This document shows, piece by piece, positions 1-10,872 of a DNA stretch of 64,000 nucleotides. The stretch lies in the NCBI GenBank assembly GCA_033763845.1, contig JANRJR010000066.1, forward strand, positions 1,247 through 65,246, in the 5' to 3' direction. The translations under genes and the position numbers were made by a program. The notes under the pieces were generated by a model. The model ran no database searches. It had not been told where the DNA came from and worked only from the letters and a program-made list of their open reading frames with translations. Every line of letters starts with the position of its first letter. Position 1 is the stretch's first letter. The stretch is from Gammaproteobacteria bacterium. GTDB lineage: Bacteria; Pseudomonadota; Gammaproteobacteria; DASZBR01.

Positions 1-52
1 AACCGGCTAACATTGCAGCGACTGCACTTACTGCTAATAATTTCTTCAGCAT
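1..52 (-). CDS. pal: Peptidoglycan-associated lipoprotein Pal, N-terminal fragment (runs off window start)
   Basis: Manual translation from ATG at 52 gives MLKKLLAVSAVAAMLAG, a signal peptide ending in lipobox LAG(C). AGGAG RBS at 60-64. Directly downstream of tolB. Confidence 0.8.
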   Translation of the reverse strand, partial: MLKKLLAVSAVAAMLAG

Positions 53-76
53 AATTAAACTCCTGTTAGTTCAAAA

Positions 77-1270
77 TTAATTCAAAAAAGGTGACCACAC
101 GGGCTCTTGTACTTTGCCAACGTCTGAGGGTAATGCTAACTTAATTCTGCCGTCAGTGGAAACAATCGCTAATTGTCGATCGCCGCCTGACTTCTTCGCA
201 AAAATAACCATCTGACCATTCGGTGAAAAACTGGGCGATTGATCATTACCTGAATTATCCAACGTCAAATAAGCACCGGTTTGCAAATCTTGCAAACCAA
301 TTCCATAACCATTGGTATTATCGCCAACATGTAACATCACAATTTGATTTCCATCGGGTGAGAAAGACGCGCGTGCATTATATGTTCCATTATATGACAC
401 ACGTTCTGTTGAACCATTTGGCAATACTTTTCGATAAATTTGCGGCGAGCCACCTCTGTCAGAGGTAAACAAAATAGACTGGCCATCCGGTGAAAAACTA
501 GGCTCTGTATTAATGGCGTTACCAGATGTAATTTGTTGTAAGGATTTTGATGCTAAATTCATTAAATAAATATTTGCCACACCTGATTTAGATAACACTA
601 ACGCTAAACGATTATTGTTGGGCGAAAATGCCGGCGCACCATTTACACCCGGAAAATGACTTAATAAAGTTCGCGAGCCATTCGCAACATTTGACATAAA
701 AATTTCAGGGCTGCCATTTTCAAATGAAACATACGCAATATGACGCCCATCTTTTGACCATGCTGGCGACATAATGGGTTGAGGTGAATTTAAAATGGGT
801 TTGGGATTATATCCATCATAATCTGCAACATCTAAAGAATAACGACCATTATGAACTAACACATACGCAATACGTGTTGAAAAAATTCCACGAATGCCCG
901 TTAATGTTTGAAACACCAAATCGCTAATATGATGCCCTGCTTGTCGTATTTGATTTTTTGATACTGTCATTGTTTGATTTAATAGCTGCTCATTATTTTT
1001 ACCAAACAATTGAAAATTAATTTTATAACCTGACCAGGTTGTGGTCACAGTTCCTTTTAAAGTTGCATCGCCATTAGAAGAAACAGATTTAAATCGACCG
1101 GAATAATTCAAGTCGTTATTAATGACATTCGTCACATTCGGATCGTCATTCGTAAATTTATCAATAACGATAGGCATTGCGCCTGCGATACCTTGTGTGA
1201 GTGTTAAATTCATTTGTGCAAATGCTGGGATACAGAATAAAAATAAAATTAATAATAAAAGTTTGCGCAT
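77..1270 (-). CDS. tolB: Tol-Pal beta-propeller protein TolB
   Basis: Signal peptide, FSTRIAYV, repeated PAWS/PAFSP/PSFSP blades, C-terminal PVWSPF; tol operon context. Confidence 0.95.
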   Translation of the reverse strand: MRKLLLLILFLFCIPAFAQMNLTLTQGIAGAMPIVIDKFTNDDPNVTNVINNDLNYSGRFKSVSSNGDATLKGTVTTTWSGYKINFQLFGKNNEQLLNQTMTVSKNQIRQAGHHISDLVFQTLTGIRGIFSTRIAYVLVHNGRYSLDVADYDGYNPKPILNSPQPIMSPAWSKDGRHIAYVSFENGSPEIFMSNVANGSRTLLSHFPGVNGAPAFSPNNNRLALVLSKSGVANIYLMNLASKSLQQITSGNAINTEPSFSPDGQSILFTSDRGGSPQIYRKVLPNGSTERVSYNGTYNARASFSPDGNQIVMLHVGDNTNGYGIGLQDLQTGAYLTLDNSGNDQSPSFSPNGQMVIFAKKSGGDRQLAIVSTDGRIKLALPSDVGKVQEPVWSPFLN

Positions 1271-1278
1271 AATATCTC

Positions 1279-2115
1279 CTAACCCTCTAATAGTGATCCA
1301 TCCGGCCTTACCGTCAATGTTATCGTTCTAAACGCATCAAATAAACTGGCATCTGTCGGCACGGGCAATGGCGATGCTTTATTTACCGCTGCTACCGCAG
1401 AATTATCCAGCACAGGATTTCCACTGGATTTTTTCACCGTCACTTGCAACACCACTCCACCCGGTGCAACACGAATATCCAATACACATGAAATATTTTT
1501 GGGTAAATGTTGCGGCACCAACCATTGTTCACTGATAGCTTGAATAATTGCCGCTTTATATTTATCTGCTAATCCCGGATTAATACTTGATGCTGTACTC
1601 GTTGTTGCTTTAGATGTCGTGGCAGCATGTGTACTCGCATTCTTAGATGATGTTGCAACTTTGGGCGCAGGCGTATGTGCTAATTGTTTTTGCATGCTGG
1701 CTTTTAATTGTTGTTCTATTGATTGTTTCATTGCAGCTGCCTTCGCTGCTGCAGCTTGTTGAGCAGCTTTTTCTGCCGCTTGTTGCGCGGCTTGCTTTGC
1801 AGCTTGCGCTGCTTTTTCCGCAGAGAGTTTTTCTGCAGCGGCTTGCGCTGCCGCCTGAGCTGCTGCTTTTTGTGCAGCAAGTTGCGCAGCTTGTTGCTGT
1901 GCTAATAACGCTTGTTGTTTTTGAATAATCGCATTTTGATATTGTTGTAATGCAGACGAACTCACCGCTGTCGCTTGAATAATATTTGGCTGCGACGCCG
2001 AAGGCATTCCACTTCCACTCAATGAAATACTGAAAATTAAACCCAACAAAATCACCGCATGTAAAATACACGACCCAATAAAATACGGTTTATTTATGTC
2101 TATTTCATTTGTCAT
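1279..2115 (-). CDS. tolA: Cell envelope integrity protein TolA
   Basis: N-terminal TM with S-x3-H, Ala/Gln/Lys-rich helix, TonB-C-like C-terminus (SSGNPVLDNSAVAAV..ASPLP). Confidence 0.9.
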   Translation of the reverse strand: MTNEIDINKPYFIGSCILHAVILLGLIFSISLSGSGMPSASQPNIIQATAVSSSALQQYQNAIIQKQQALLAQQQAAQLAAQKAAAQAAAQAAAEKLSAEKAAQAAKQAAQQAAEKAAQQAAAAKAAAMKQSIEQQLKASMQKQLAHTPAPKVATSSKNASTHAATTSKATTSTASSINPGLADKYKAAIIQAISEQWLVPQHLPKNISCVLDIRVAPGGVVLQVTVKKSSGNPVLDNSAVAAVNKASPLPVPTDASLFDAFRTITLTVRPDGSLLEG

Positions 2116-2561
2116 CGAGAAGTCTTAGCCGGTTGAGTAACAAGCCCAACGTTCGAAGCACCGGCTTGTTGCAATAACACCATCGCTTGAACCACATTTC
2201 CATAATTTGCATTGTTATCACCTTTTACTAAAACAATAGGCTTTTGATTTTGCTGTTGTTCAGAACGAATTTGCGCAGAGACAATATTATGCAATGTCAT
2301 CGGATCCACTGGCGTATTGGGATTCGCTGAAATATTTAAATAATAATTTCCCTTCACATCCACTGTCACAATAATTGGATGTGCTTTATCTGTCGGAATC
2401 GTTTGCGTTGCCGCTTTAGGTAGATGGATTTTTACACCTTGTGTTAATAATGGCGTAGTGACCATAAAAATAATTAACAATACCAACATAATATCGATAT
2501 ACGGCACGACATTAATTTCAACAATGGACGCCCGACGCCGTGATGACTTAGTGGTATTCAT
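2112..2561 (-). CDS. tolR: TolR
   Basis: EINVVPYIDIMLVLLIIFM motif; start set at MNTTK. Confidence 0.93.
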   Translation of the reverse strand: MNTTKSSRRRASIVEINVVPYIDIMLVLLIIFMVTTPLLTQGVKIHLPKAATQTIPTDKAHPIIVTVDVKGNYYLNISANPNTPVDPMTLHNIVSAQIRSEQQQNQKPIVLVKGDNNANYGNVVQAMVLLQQAGASNVGLVTQPAKTSR

Positions 2562-3249
2562 TTTCCGTAACCCTCGCATTGGTGTGGGCTTGACGATATA
2601 AAATACTGGAAAATTCTTCCTGGAATATTTCGTATTGATTTAAGACACGATCGACTTCGCTTGATAATCTGTTATAAAAAATAACCGCAGGAATGGCAGC
2701 AAATAATCCCATTGCCGTTGTCACTAATGCTTCTGACATGCCAGGTGCGACTGCTGCAATACTCGCTTGTGTTGCAGACCCTAACGTATGGAGTGCCGCA
2801 ATAATGCCAATTACCGTCCCAAACAAGCCGACATAGGTACTGGTCGTTCCGACAGTCGCTAAAAACGGCAAATGCTTTTCGAGTTTTTCCGTTTCTTGCG
2901 AACGCGCAATACGCATCGCACGCGCGGCACCTTCCATCATAACCGCCGCTTGGATACCCGCTTGTTTACGCAAACGTGAAAACTCTTTGAATCCCGCCAC
3001 AAAAATATTTTCCATGCCAGCTAAATCTTCTTCACGCGCGAGAGAGTTATAGAGCTTCGTAATATCCGAACCGGACCAAAATTCATCTTGAAAATAATTA
3101 ATTTCAGCACGCGCTTGTTTAAGAGAGTACAGACGCTGAAAAATAAATGTCCAAGACATGATAGATGCAGACACTAATAATAAGACAACGCCTTTAATAA
3201 TAATGCTGCTGTCCATAAAATAAGAAATAAAGGAAGTATCGAAGTTCAT
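2548..3249 (-). CDS. tolQ: TolQ
   Basis: LATVGTTSTYVGLFGTV and EALVTTAMGLFAAIPAV MotA/TolQ/ExbB motifs. Confidence 0.95.
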   Translation of the reverse strand: MNFDTSFISYFMDSSIIIKGVVLLLVSASIMSWTFIFQRLYSLKQARAEINYFQDEFWSGSDITKLYNSLAREEDLAGMENIFVAGFKEFSRLRKQAGIQAAVMMEGAARAMRIARSQETEKLEKHLPFLATVGTTSTYVGLFGTVIGIIAALHTLGSATQASIAAVAPGMSEALVTTAMGLFAAIPAVIFYNRLSSEVDRVLNQYEIFQEEFSSILYRQAHTNARVTENEYH

Positions 3250-3286
3250 GCCGTGTGGATCTCCGAAAGAGAAATGGGATTAGGAA

Positions 3287-4309
3287 TTATAACACTCTAG
3301 CAGGCGCCAATCCAAAATGCTCATACGCTGACTTTGTCGCCACTCTACCCCTTGGCGTACGCGCCATAAACCCTTGTTGAATTAAATAGGGCTCGATGAC
3401 ATCCTCAATAGTTCCACGCTCTTCACTGATCGCCGCGGATAAACTTTCAACACCGACCGGACCACCGTCAAATTTTTCAATTAACGCTAATAATAATTTT
3501 CGGTCCATCAAATCAAAGCCATGAATGTCCACTTCTAATAAATTCAATGCTTGGTCAGCCACTTTTTGTGAAATTTCACCATTGGCTTTAACTTGCGCAT
3601 AATCTCTTACGCGTCTTAATAATCTATTGGCGATTCGAGGCGTGCCTCGGGATCGTCTAGCAATTTCTTTAGCACCCGACTCATCTATTTTAACGCCTAA
3701 AATATGCGCAGAGCGTTTTACGATAAACGCTAAATCAACCATATTATAAAATTCTAATCGCTGGACTATTCCAAAACGATCTCGCAATGGCGATGTTAAT
3801 AATCCTGCTCGTGTTGTTGCACCTACTAAAGTAAATGGCGGTAAATCTAACTTTATTGATCGCGCCGCGGGCCCTTCGCCGATCATAATATCCAACTGAT
3901 AATCTTCCATTGCGGGATATAAAATTTCTTCGACAACGGGGCTTAATCTGTGAATTTCATCGACGAATAAAACATCTCTCGGCTCGAGATTAGTTAATAT
4001 CGCAGCTAAATCGCCGGCTTTTTCTAAAACAGGTCCTGACGTTTGTCTTAACTTAACACCCATTTCATTCGCAATAATATGCGCCAATGTTGTTTTTCCT
4101 AATCCTGGCGGTCCAAAAATTAGCACATGATCCAAAGCTTCTTTGCGTGAACGCGCTGCGCCAATAAATATTTCTAATTGCTCACAAACCGTGGGTTGGC
4201 CTTTATATTCGTTCAGTGTCGATGGCCGCATCGCGCGATCATATTTTTCTTCTTCCGTTGTGACAGCAACGGCTGAAATTAATCTATCTTCTTCGATATT
4301 ATCCATCAT
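3287..4309 (-). CDS. ruvB: Holliday junction branch migration helicase RuvB
   Basis: [29 protein letters not shown]. Confidence 0.98.
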   Translation of the reverse strand: MMDNIEEDRLISAVAVTTEEEKYDRAMRPSTLNEYKGQPTVCEQLEIFIGAARSRKEALDHVLIFGPPGLGKTTLAHIIANEMGVKLRQTSGPVLEKAGDLAAILTNLEPRDVLFVDEIHRLSPVVEEILYPAMEDYQLDIMIGEGPAARSIKLDLPPFTLVGATTRAGLLTSPLRDRFGIVQRLEFYNMVDLAFIVKRSAHILGVKIDESGAKEIARRSRGTPRIANRLLRRVRDYAQVKANGEISQKVADQALNLLEVDIHGFDLMDRKLLLALIEKFDGGPVGVESLSAAISEERGTIEDVIEPYLIQQGFMARTPRGRVATKSAYEHFGLAPARVL

Positions 4310-4866
4310 ACGGTCTGCATCCTCTTAAGCGCTAATCGAATTAAATCTTGACTGGTATGTTGCGCAGTATCAATACCTTGTAATAAACGCGACGCTTCTT
4401 GTGGTTTATAACCCAGCGCAATTAATGCACTCACGGCATCTTGTTCTGAAGATTTTATGGTAATGGCAAAACTGTGATCACGCATTTCGATTATTAATCT
4501 TTCTGCGGTTTTTTTACCGACGCCAGGTAATTTGACTAAGCTATTACTGTCGCCGTTATTGACACAACGCGTGAATTCGTCGGGCGAAACGCCAGATAAA
4601 ATGGTCAATGCTAATTTTGGCCCTACACCATTAACTTTTAAGAGCGCTCTAAATAATGCACGCTCTTCTTGCGTATAAAAACCGCATAATAATTGCGCAT
4701 CTTCACGCACTATAAAATGGGTAAATAACGTAATAGCTTGATTAATTTCAGGTAATTGATAAAACGTATTCATGGACGCTTGTACTTCATAACCCACGCC
4801 ATTGACATCAATCAACAAATTCGGCGGTTGTTTTTCGACTAGAATTCCGCGTAATCGCCCTATCAT
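4306..4866 (-). CDS. ruvA: RuvA
   Basis: [27 protein letters not shown] HhH motifs, ALIALGY; short linker. Confidence 0.97.
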   Translation of the reverse strand: MIGRLRGILVEKQPPNLLIDVNGVGYEVQASMNTFYQLPEINQAITLFTHFIVREDAQLLCGFYTQEERALFRALLKVNGVGPKLALTILSGVSPDEFTRCVNNGDSNSLVKLPGVGKKTAERLIIEMRDHSFAITIKSSEQDAVSALIALGYKPQEASRLLQGIDTAQHTSQDLIRLALKRMQTV

Positions 4867-5383
4867 TTCGTAATCTCCCGTGACGCAAACCTGTAATATT
4901 TAAAATATTGCCCAAACCTCTACTGTTTGCATGACAAATGGCAACCGCTAATGCATCTGCTGCATCGGCTTGCGGTTGCCCGGTTAAATTCAATAATTTA
5001 CAAATCATATGCTGAACTTGTTCTTTTTTTGCAGCTCCGTAGCCTACGACAGATTGCTTAATTTGTCGTGCCGAATACTGTGAAACCGTTAAGCCTTTTT
5101 GTGTCATCGCAACAATGGCCGCACCCCGCGCTTGTCCTAATTTTATCGCAGAGCCCGGATTATTGTGCATGAAAATTTGTTCGATAGCAGCCTCATGCGG
5201 AGAATATTTTTCAATGACCGTTTGAATGGCAGAAAAAATTTGATTCAAATTTTCATTAGCGCATGAAGATTTTAGACGAATGCAACCGCTGGTAATATAT
5301 TTCTGATGATGTTTATGAATTTCAATAATCCCAAACCCTGTAATACGCGATCCCGGATCAATACCCAATATGCGCGTTACCAT
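4808..5383 (-). CDS. ruvC: Crossover junction endodeoxyribonuclease RuvC
   Basis: [27 protein letters not shown]. Confidence 0.97.
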   Translation of the reverse strand: MVTRILGIDPGSRITGFGIIEIHKHHQKYITSGCIRLKSSCANENLNQIFSAIQTVIEKYSPHEAAIEQIFMHNNPGSAIKLGQARGAAIVAMTQKGLTVSQYSARQIKQSVVGYGAAKKEQVQHMICKLLNLTGQPQADAADALAVAICHANSRGLGNILNITGLRHGRLRNDRAITRNSSRKTTAEFVD

Positions 5384-6093
5384 TCGGCGTTAGAGTAAAC
5401 ATTTTGAACATCGTCTAATTCTTCCAACATATTTTGTAGCCGTTCCATTTTTTCAACTTCTTCGCCATCTAATTTTATTTTAGTACTTGCAACCATGGTA
5501 ATTTCAGCATCTACCGGAATCAATTTATTTGCTATTAATTTTTCTTTGATTTTTTCAAAATTATCAGGGCTGGTGATAACTTCAATGGACTTATCGTCAT
5601 TCGTAATAATATCATCAGCTAAATCCAAGGCAATTTCCATGATTTGATCTTCAGATGCACCGGGCGCGAATAATATTTGGCCCTTTTGGGCAAATAAATA
5701 ATTGACAGATCCCGTGGTTCCTAAATTTCCACCGCATTTCGTAAAGGCAAATCTGACTTCAGAAACCGTGCGATTTTTATTGTCAGTTAAACACTCAACT
5801 AATACTGCAACACCATTAGGACCATAACCTTCATAGGAAATTTCTTCCATATTTTGGCCTTCGAGACCACCAATACCTTTTTGGATAGCACGATTAATAA
5901 CGTCTTTCGACATATTTGCAGACAGTGCTTTATCGATGCCCAATCGTAATCGCGGATTTGAATTGGTATCACCGCCTCCCATTCGAGCAGCAACCGTAAT
6001 TTCACGAATTAATTTCGTGAATAATTTTCCACGTTTTGCGTCTTGTGCGCCTTTACGATGTTGAATGTTTGCCCATTTACTGTGACCTGCCAT
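5377..6093 (-). CDS. yebC: YebC/PmpR family protein
   Basis: [34 protein letters not shown]. Confidence 0.97.
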   Translation of the reverse strand: MAGHSKWANIQHRKGAQDAKRGKLFTKLIREITVAARMGGGDTNSNPRLRLGIDKALSANMSKDVINRAIQKGIGGLEGQNMEEISYEGYGPNGVAVLVECLTDNKNRTVSEVRFAFTKCGGNLGTTGSVNYLFAQKGQILFAPGASEDQIMEIALDLADDIITNDDKSIEVITSPDNFEKIKEKLIANKLIPVDAEITMVASTKIKLDGEEVEKMERLQNMLEELDDVQNVYSNAEW

Positions 6094-6112
6094 ATTATTT
6101 CTCCTCTTAAGA

Positions 6113-6195
6113 TGTCATCCTGAGCGAGCGGAGCGAGTCGAAGGATCTTGTGTTAAACATTTAGAACCAGATCCTTCGCTTCGCTCAGGATGACA
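6113..6195. repeat. TGTC-tagged palindromic repeat (complete doublet)
   Basis: TGTCATCCTGAGCG..CGAAGGATCT, spacer, AGATCCTTCG..CGCTCAGGATGACA as inverted arms between gabD and yebC. Confidence 0.85.
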
Positions 6196-6196
6196 A

Positions 6197-7573
6197 CTAT
6201 GAACCCATATAAAGTGTTTTAATTTCTACAAACTCATGTATTCCATACTTCGATCCTTCGCGCCCAATGCCTGATTCTTTTACGCCACCAAATGGCACAA
6301 ATTCCGTTGAAATGGTTCCGCTATTAATTCCTACCATGCCGTATTCTAATTGTTCTGCAACACGCCATACACGGTGAATATTTTGGCTATAAAAATACGT
6401 GGATAATCCATACTGTGTGGCGTTGGCTTTATGAATAACATCTACTTCATCATGAAAAGAAAATACGGGTGCCATAGGTCCGAATGTTTCTTCGTGTGCA
6501 CATAACATATCCATGGTTACATCACGTAATACAGTTGGCTCAAAATACGTTTTACCTAATTTATCTCGTTTTCCGCCACACAATATTTTTGCGCCTTTTT
6601 CAACAGCATCTTGAATATGCGATTCGACTTTTTTTACCGCTGCTTCATTAATTAACGGTCCTTGCTCAACGTCAGTTAAACCATCGCCAACACGTAATTT
6701 CTTAACAGCTTCTGTAAGCTTATCGACAAAAAGATCATAAATATTTTCTTGAACGAATATCCTATTGGCGCACACACACGTCTGCCCCATATTTCTAAAC
6801 TTGCTGGCGATAACACCCGTCACCGCTGCATCAATATCTGCGTCGTCAAAAATAATAAATGGTGCGTTTCCCCCTAATTCCAACGAGATTTTCTTAATAG
6901 TCGACGCACATTGCGCCATTAATTGTTTGCCAATTTCTGTGGATCCCGTAAATGAAATTTTTCGAATCAATTCATTTTTCGTAAAAATATCGCCAATTGA
7001 TTTTGCATCACCTGTGACAATATTAATTACGCCTTCGGGGATACCCGCTTTAATGGCTAATTTAATTAATTCAATTGCAGTCAGTGGTGTTAGAGAAGAT
7101 GGCTTAAGCACAACAGCACATCCGGCTGCTAACGCTGGCGCAACTTTACGCGTAATCATTGCGCACGGGAAATTCCACGGAGTAATTGCACCAACAACGC
7201 CAACGGGTTGTTTAATCACAACAATATGGTGATTTGGAACAGGCGCGGGGATCTCATCACCATAAATACGTTTTGCTTCTTCGGCAAACCATTCGACAAA
7301 ACTCGCGCCATATTGGATTTCGCGTTTCGCTTCTGATAATGGCTTGCCTTGTTCCGTGGTTAATATTTTTGCGAGTGAATCGGTATTTTCTAGAATTAAA
7401 TCATTCCATTTACGTAATAAATTTGCACGTGCTTTAGGTGTTTCTTTTCGCCATTGTAAAAAAGCCGCGTACGCTTTTTGAATGACATTTTCAACAACTT
7501 CTTTATTCATATTTTCAACACTGCCGACGACGTTGCCGGTGGCCGGATTATAAATATCTATTGTAGTAACCAT
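6197..7573 (-). CDS. gabD: NAD(P)-dependent succinate-semialdehyde dehydrogenase
   Basis: ITPWNFP, FTGSTEIG, LELGGNAPF, GQTCVC, EETFGP, PFGGVKESG; start moved to MVTTID (7573). Confidence 0.9.
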   Translation of the reverse strand: MVTTIDIYNPATGNVVGSVENMNKEVVENVIQKAYAAFLQWRKETPKARANLLRKWNDLILENTDSLAKILTTEQGKPLSEAKREIQYGASFVEWFAEEAKRIYGDEIPAPVPNHHIVVIKQPVGVVGAITPWNFPCAMITRKVAPALAAGCAVVLKPSSLTPLTAIELIKLAIKAGIPEGVINIVTGDAKSIGDIFTKNELIRKISFTGSTEIGKQLMAQCASTIKKISLELGGNAPFIIFDDADIDAAVTGVIASKFRNMGQTCVCANRIFVQENIYDLFVDKLTEAVKKLRVGDGLTDVEQGPLINEAAVKKVESHIQDAVEKGAKILCGGKRDKLGKTYFEPTVLRDVTMDMLCAHEETFGPMAPVFSFHDEVDVIHKANATQYGLSTYFYSQNIHRVWRVAEQLEYGMVGINSGTISTEFVPFGGVKESGIGREGSKYGIHEFVEIKTLYMGS

Positions 7574-8130
7574 ACCGCTGCTAACCCCGCTGCAAATCCA
7601 AATAAATGCCCTTCCCACGAAACGCGCTCTTCTTGTGGAAATAAACTCAAGAACAAACCACCAAAATAATAGACAACTAACCCCGCCAATACCCACGTGG
7701 CAACAGACGGATGCATATACGCTTCAACCATTAAATAACTAAAATATCCCATAATCACACTGCTCGCGCCAATATGTACTCCGGGTCGCCCAAACAACCA
7801 AATCGCTGTTCCAGAAATGGCAACGATGATGAGCGTCACATCCATGAAAGTCTTTTCACCTGAAATCAATAAAAAACAACTCAACGCAAATAACGGAATT
7901 GAATTAAAAAACAAATGGGAAAAACTACTGTGCAGTAATGGCGACAACGGAATGCCAATAATCCCAAACAAATCACGCGGTACAATCCCAAAAAAATTCA
8001 AGCGGTAACCTAATAAATAATTCAAAACCTGGATAACCCACAGTGCCAAAATAATTTCTAATGATTGGTAGACATTGACTTGAAGAGAATTAAGCAACTG
8101 CTGCAACTGAAAAATAAATTGATTAAGCAT
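7558..8130 (-). CDS. Rhomboid family intramembrane serine protease
   Basis: Multiple TMs, HLFFN, GASS catalytic Ser, WEGHLFG catalytic His. Confidence 0.88.
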   Translation of the reverse strand: MLNQFIFQLQQLLNSLQVNVYQSLEIILALWVIQVLNYLLGYRLNFFGIVPRDLFGIIGIPLSPLLHSSFSHLFFNSIPLFALSCFLLISGEKTFMDVTLIIVAISGTAIWLFGRPGVHIGASSVIMGYFSYLMVEAYMHPSVATWVLAGLVVYYFGGLFLSLFPQEERVSWEGHLFGFAAGLAAVWLLQ

Positions 8131-8177
8131 AGGCTTCTCGACTTTAAGCTATCCAAAAGTTCCGTTAGAATAACCGA

Positions 8178-10373
8178 ATGAACTCATCAACTCTACTGGA
8201 TTCTCTGAACAACGCGCAACAGCAGGCTGTGTCCGCCCCGCTCTCGCACCTCTTAATTTTAGCCGGCGCCGGCAGCGGCAAAACGCGCGTGTTAGTACAC
8301 CGCATCGCCTGGCTTTTACAAGTAGAACAATCCTCACCAGCAAACATTTTGGCCGTCACATTCACCAACAAAGCCGCCAATGAAATGCGGGCTCGCATCG
8401 AAGAATTGTTGAACATCTCAACCCAAGGCATGTGGGTCGGGACTTTTCACGGCTTAGCGCATCGATTATTACGCGCACATTGGGCAGAAGCAGGATTACC
8501 TCAAAATTTTCAGATCATCGACAGCGATGATCAAAGCCGTTTAATCAAACGCATTATTAACAGCATGGGATTAGACGACAAACAATGGCAACCCAAACAA
8601 ATCCAATGGTTCATCAATGCAAAAAAAGACGAAGGACTTCGTCCTCAACACGTTAAAGATCATGGCGATGTTCATACAAAAACTTTAATTAAAATTTATC
8701 AGCAATACGAAGAAATTTGTCAGCGCAATGGTTCTGTGGATTTTGCAGAATTATTATTGCGCGCACATGAATTGTGGCAACAACGTCCTGATGTGTTATC
8801 CCATTATCAAGAACGTTTCAAACATATTTTGGTGGATGAGTTTCAAGATACCAATACGATTCAATATGCCTGGATCCACGCACTCGCGCAAAAAAACAGC
8901 TTTTTAATGGCCGTCGGTGATGATGATCAATCCATTTATGGCTGGCGGGGTGCAAAAATTGAAAATATGCGAAAACTTGAACGCGATTTTTCACCTATTC
9001 TCACTATCAAACTCGAACAAAATTACCGCTCCACAGGAAATATTCTTCAAGCCGCCAATGCATTAATCTCAAATAATTCGGACAGATTAGGCAAAAATTT
9101 ATGGACCGACGGAAACGCCGGCGAAAAAATTTCGCTTTATGCGGCATTTAATGAAATCGATGAAGCGCGTTTTATTGTCGATAAAATTCGCCAAAATATT
9201 GGCCGTTATATTGATTGCGCGATTTTATATCGTTCCAACGCACAATCCCGCGTAATAGAAGAGTCCTTAATCCAAGCGGGTATCCCTTACAGAATTTATG
9301 GGGGCTTACGATTCTTCGAGCGCGCAGAAATCAAAGATGCGCTCGCGTATTTACGATTAATTTCGAATCCGCATGATGACACCGCTTTTGAACGCGTAGT
9401 GAATTTACCCACCCGAGGCATTGGTGATTCCACGCTGACTATTATCCGAACGCATGCACGCGCACAAAAAATTTCGATGTGGCAAGCATCACATGAAATT
9501 ATTGGTTTACAACAATTAAGCTCACGCGCACAAAGTGCAATGCAGTTATTTTTAGATTTAATTATCTCCATTAAGTCCGAAGCGGCTGAATTAACACTGC
9601 CAGAATTAACGGATCACGTATTACACAAGTCTGGCCTGCGCGAACATTTTCGCCAAGAAAAAGGCGAAAAAGCTCAAACGCGCATAGAAAACTTAGAAGA
9701 ATTAATTTCTGCCACAAGACAATTTATTGAAGAAGCCGATGGAGATATGTCTCCACTCGATGCATTTTTAGCAAACGCCGCATTAGAAGCGGGTGAATCA
9801 CAAAGCAGTGACTCACCCGATTATGTCCAATTGATGACATTGCATTCTGCAAAGGGCTTAGAATTTCCGACGGTATTTTTAGCCGGCGTTGAGGAAGGAT
9901 TATTTCCCCACCAAATGTCGTTAGAAGAACCCGGCCGTTTAGCGGAAGAGCGACGCTTATGTTATGTGGGCGTCACGCGTGCAAAACAAAAATTATTTTT
10001 AAGCTATGCCGAAACACGACGCATGCATGGCAATGAACATTATCATCGCCCCTCGCGATTCTTAAATGAAATCCCGAAAGAATTACTACAAGAAGTTCGC
10101 ATGAAAACACAAGTGTCTCGCGCTGCTCCTTCTTATGGTAGTAATACTTTTACATCGACATCATCTTCTCCACGCGCATCTTATGGCTCGAGTTCACAAC
10201 CGCAAGAAATTAACGGTTTAAGATTGGGTCAGCGTGTTATGCACCCGACGTTTGGTGAGGGCGTAATTTTGAGTTACGAAGGCCAAGGCAATCATGCGCG
10301 TATTCAAGTAAAATTCTCACAAGTCGGCGCGAAGTGGTTAGTGGCAGCGTATGCAAAATTAGAGCCGATGTAA
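8178..10373 (+). CDS. uvrD: DNA helicase II
   Basis: AGAGSGKT, VDEFQD, GDDDQSIY, LEQNYRS, TLHSAKGLEF, YVGVTRA, C-terminal Tudor-like KWLVAAYAKL. Confidence 0.97.
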   Translation: MNSSTLLDSLNNAQQQAVSAPLSHLLILAGAGSGKTRVLVHRIAWLLQVEQSSPANILAVTFTNKAANEMRARIEELLNISTQGMWVGTFHGLAHRLLRAHWAEAGLPQNFQIIDSDDQSRLIKRIINSMGLDDKQWQPKQIQWFINAKKDEGLRPQHVKDHGDVHTKTLIKIYQQYEEICQRNGSVDFAELLLRAHELWQQRPDVLSHYQERFKHILVDEFQDTNTIQYAWIHALAQKNSFLMAVGDDDQSIYGWRGAKIENMRKLERDFSPILTIKLEQNYRSTGNILQAANALISNNSDRLGKNLWTDGNAGEKISLYAAFNEIDEARFIVDKIRQNIGRYIDCAILYRSNAQSRVIEESLIQAGIPYRIYGGLRFFERAEIKDALAYLRLISNPHDDTAFERVVNLPTRGIGDSTLTIIRTHARAQKISMWQASHEIIGLQQLSSRAQSAMQLFLDLIISIKSEAAELTLPELTDHVLHKSGLREHFRQEKGEKAQTRIENLEELISATRQFIEEADGDMSPLDAFLANAALEAGESQSSDSPDYVQLMTLHSAKGLEFPTVFLAGVEEGLFPHQMSLEEPGRLAEERRLCYVGVTRAKQKLFLSYAETRRMHGNEHYHRPSRFLNEIPKELLQEVRMKTQVSRAAPSYGSNTFTSTSSSPRASYGSSSQPQEINGLRLGQRVMHPTFGEGVILSYEGQGNHARIQVKFSQVGAKWLVAAYAKLEPM

Positions 10374-10378
10374 TTTTT

Positions 10379-10603
10379 ATGACTCTTGAATTTTTTCGCC
10401 AACATTGCCCTCCTAAAGTCGGACAATATTATTTAAATGTTATGTGCCTCACCTCTTTGTTGCATTTCTTCAATGAACGAACCCCTCTCAGCTTCTCTCT
10501 GGCTTGCACACTAGCCGTCATTACCATAAACCACGGCATTAAAGCTTATGGAACACCGGATGAGCCAGATGACCGCCCTCCTCAGAAATTCGCTTTGACG
10601 TAA
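10379..10603 (+). CDS. Small hypothetical protein (74 aa)
   Basis: ATG 5 nt after the uvrD stop; two moderately hydrophobic segments; no recognised family. Confidence 0.4.
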   Translation: MTLEFFRQHCPPKVGQYYLNVMCLTSLLHFFNERTPLSFSLACTLAVITINHGIKAYGTPDEPDDRPPQKFALT

Positions 10604-10656
10604 TTTATCCACAAAATACCGCGAGAAATATTAACGGAATGATTGGACGAATTAAC

Positions 10657-10780
10657 GGGACGAGAAGAATCTCGCCCCTACGTGTCCGTTATTTTATCGT
10701 AATGCCAATGCGAATGTTTTTTGGGACGCGATGTATCGCGCCCCTACGTGTAATTGTAGGGGCGACATTCATGTCGTCCC
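10657..10780. repeat. Three 25-nt GTAG-type REPs (10657-10681 minus, 10723-10747 minus, 10756-10780 plus)
   Basis: GTAGGGGCGAGATTCTTCTCGTCCC, GTAGGGGCGCGATACATCGCGTCCC, GTAGGGGCGACATTCATGTCGTCCC. Confidence 0.92.
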
Positions 10781-10872
10781 GGAAAAAATTATTGCGTTAT
10801 GAATAACACAAGAGTATAAATTGCAAAAATAATTTTTTGTTTTTTTATGTTGTTTAATTTAATAAGAAGGAT

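Noticed and set aside
1730-1925. Tandem GCT/GCA-rich DNA repeat and overlapping ORFs
   Set aside because: Explained by the Ala/Gln/Lys helix of TolA.
7574-7696. N-terminal extensions in the ORF track (gabD, and also sdhD, sdhC, pilD, argS, queG, nnrD)
   Set aside because: They overlap neighbouring genes or promoters; downstream starts fit family N-termini and RBSs better.
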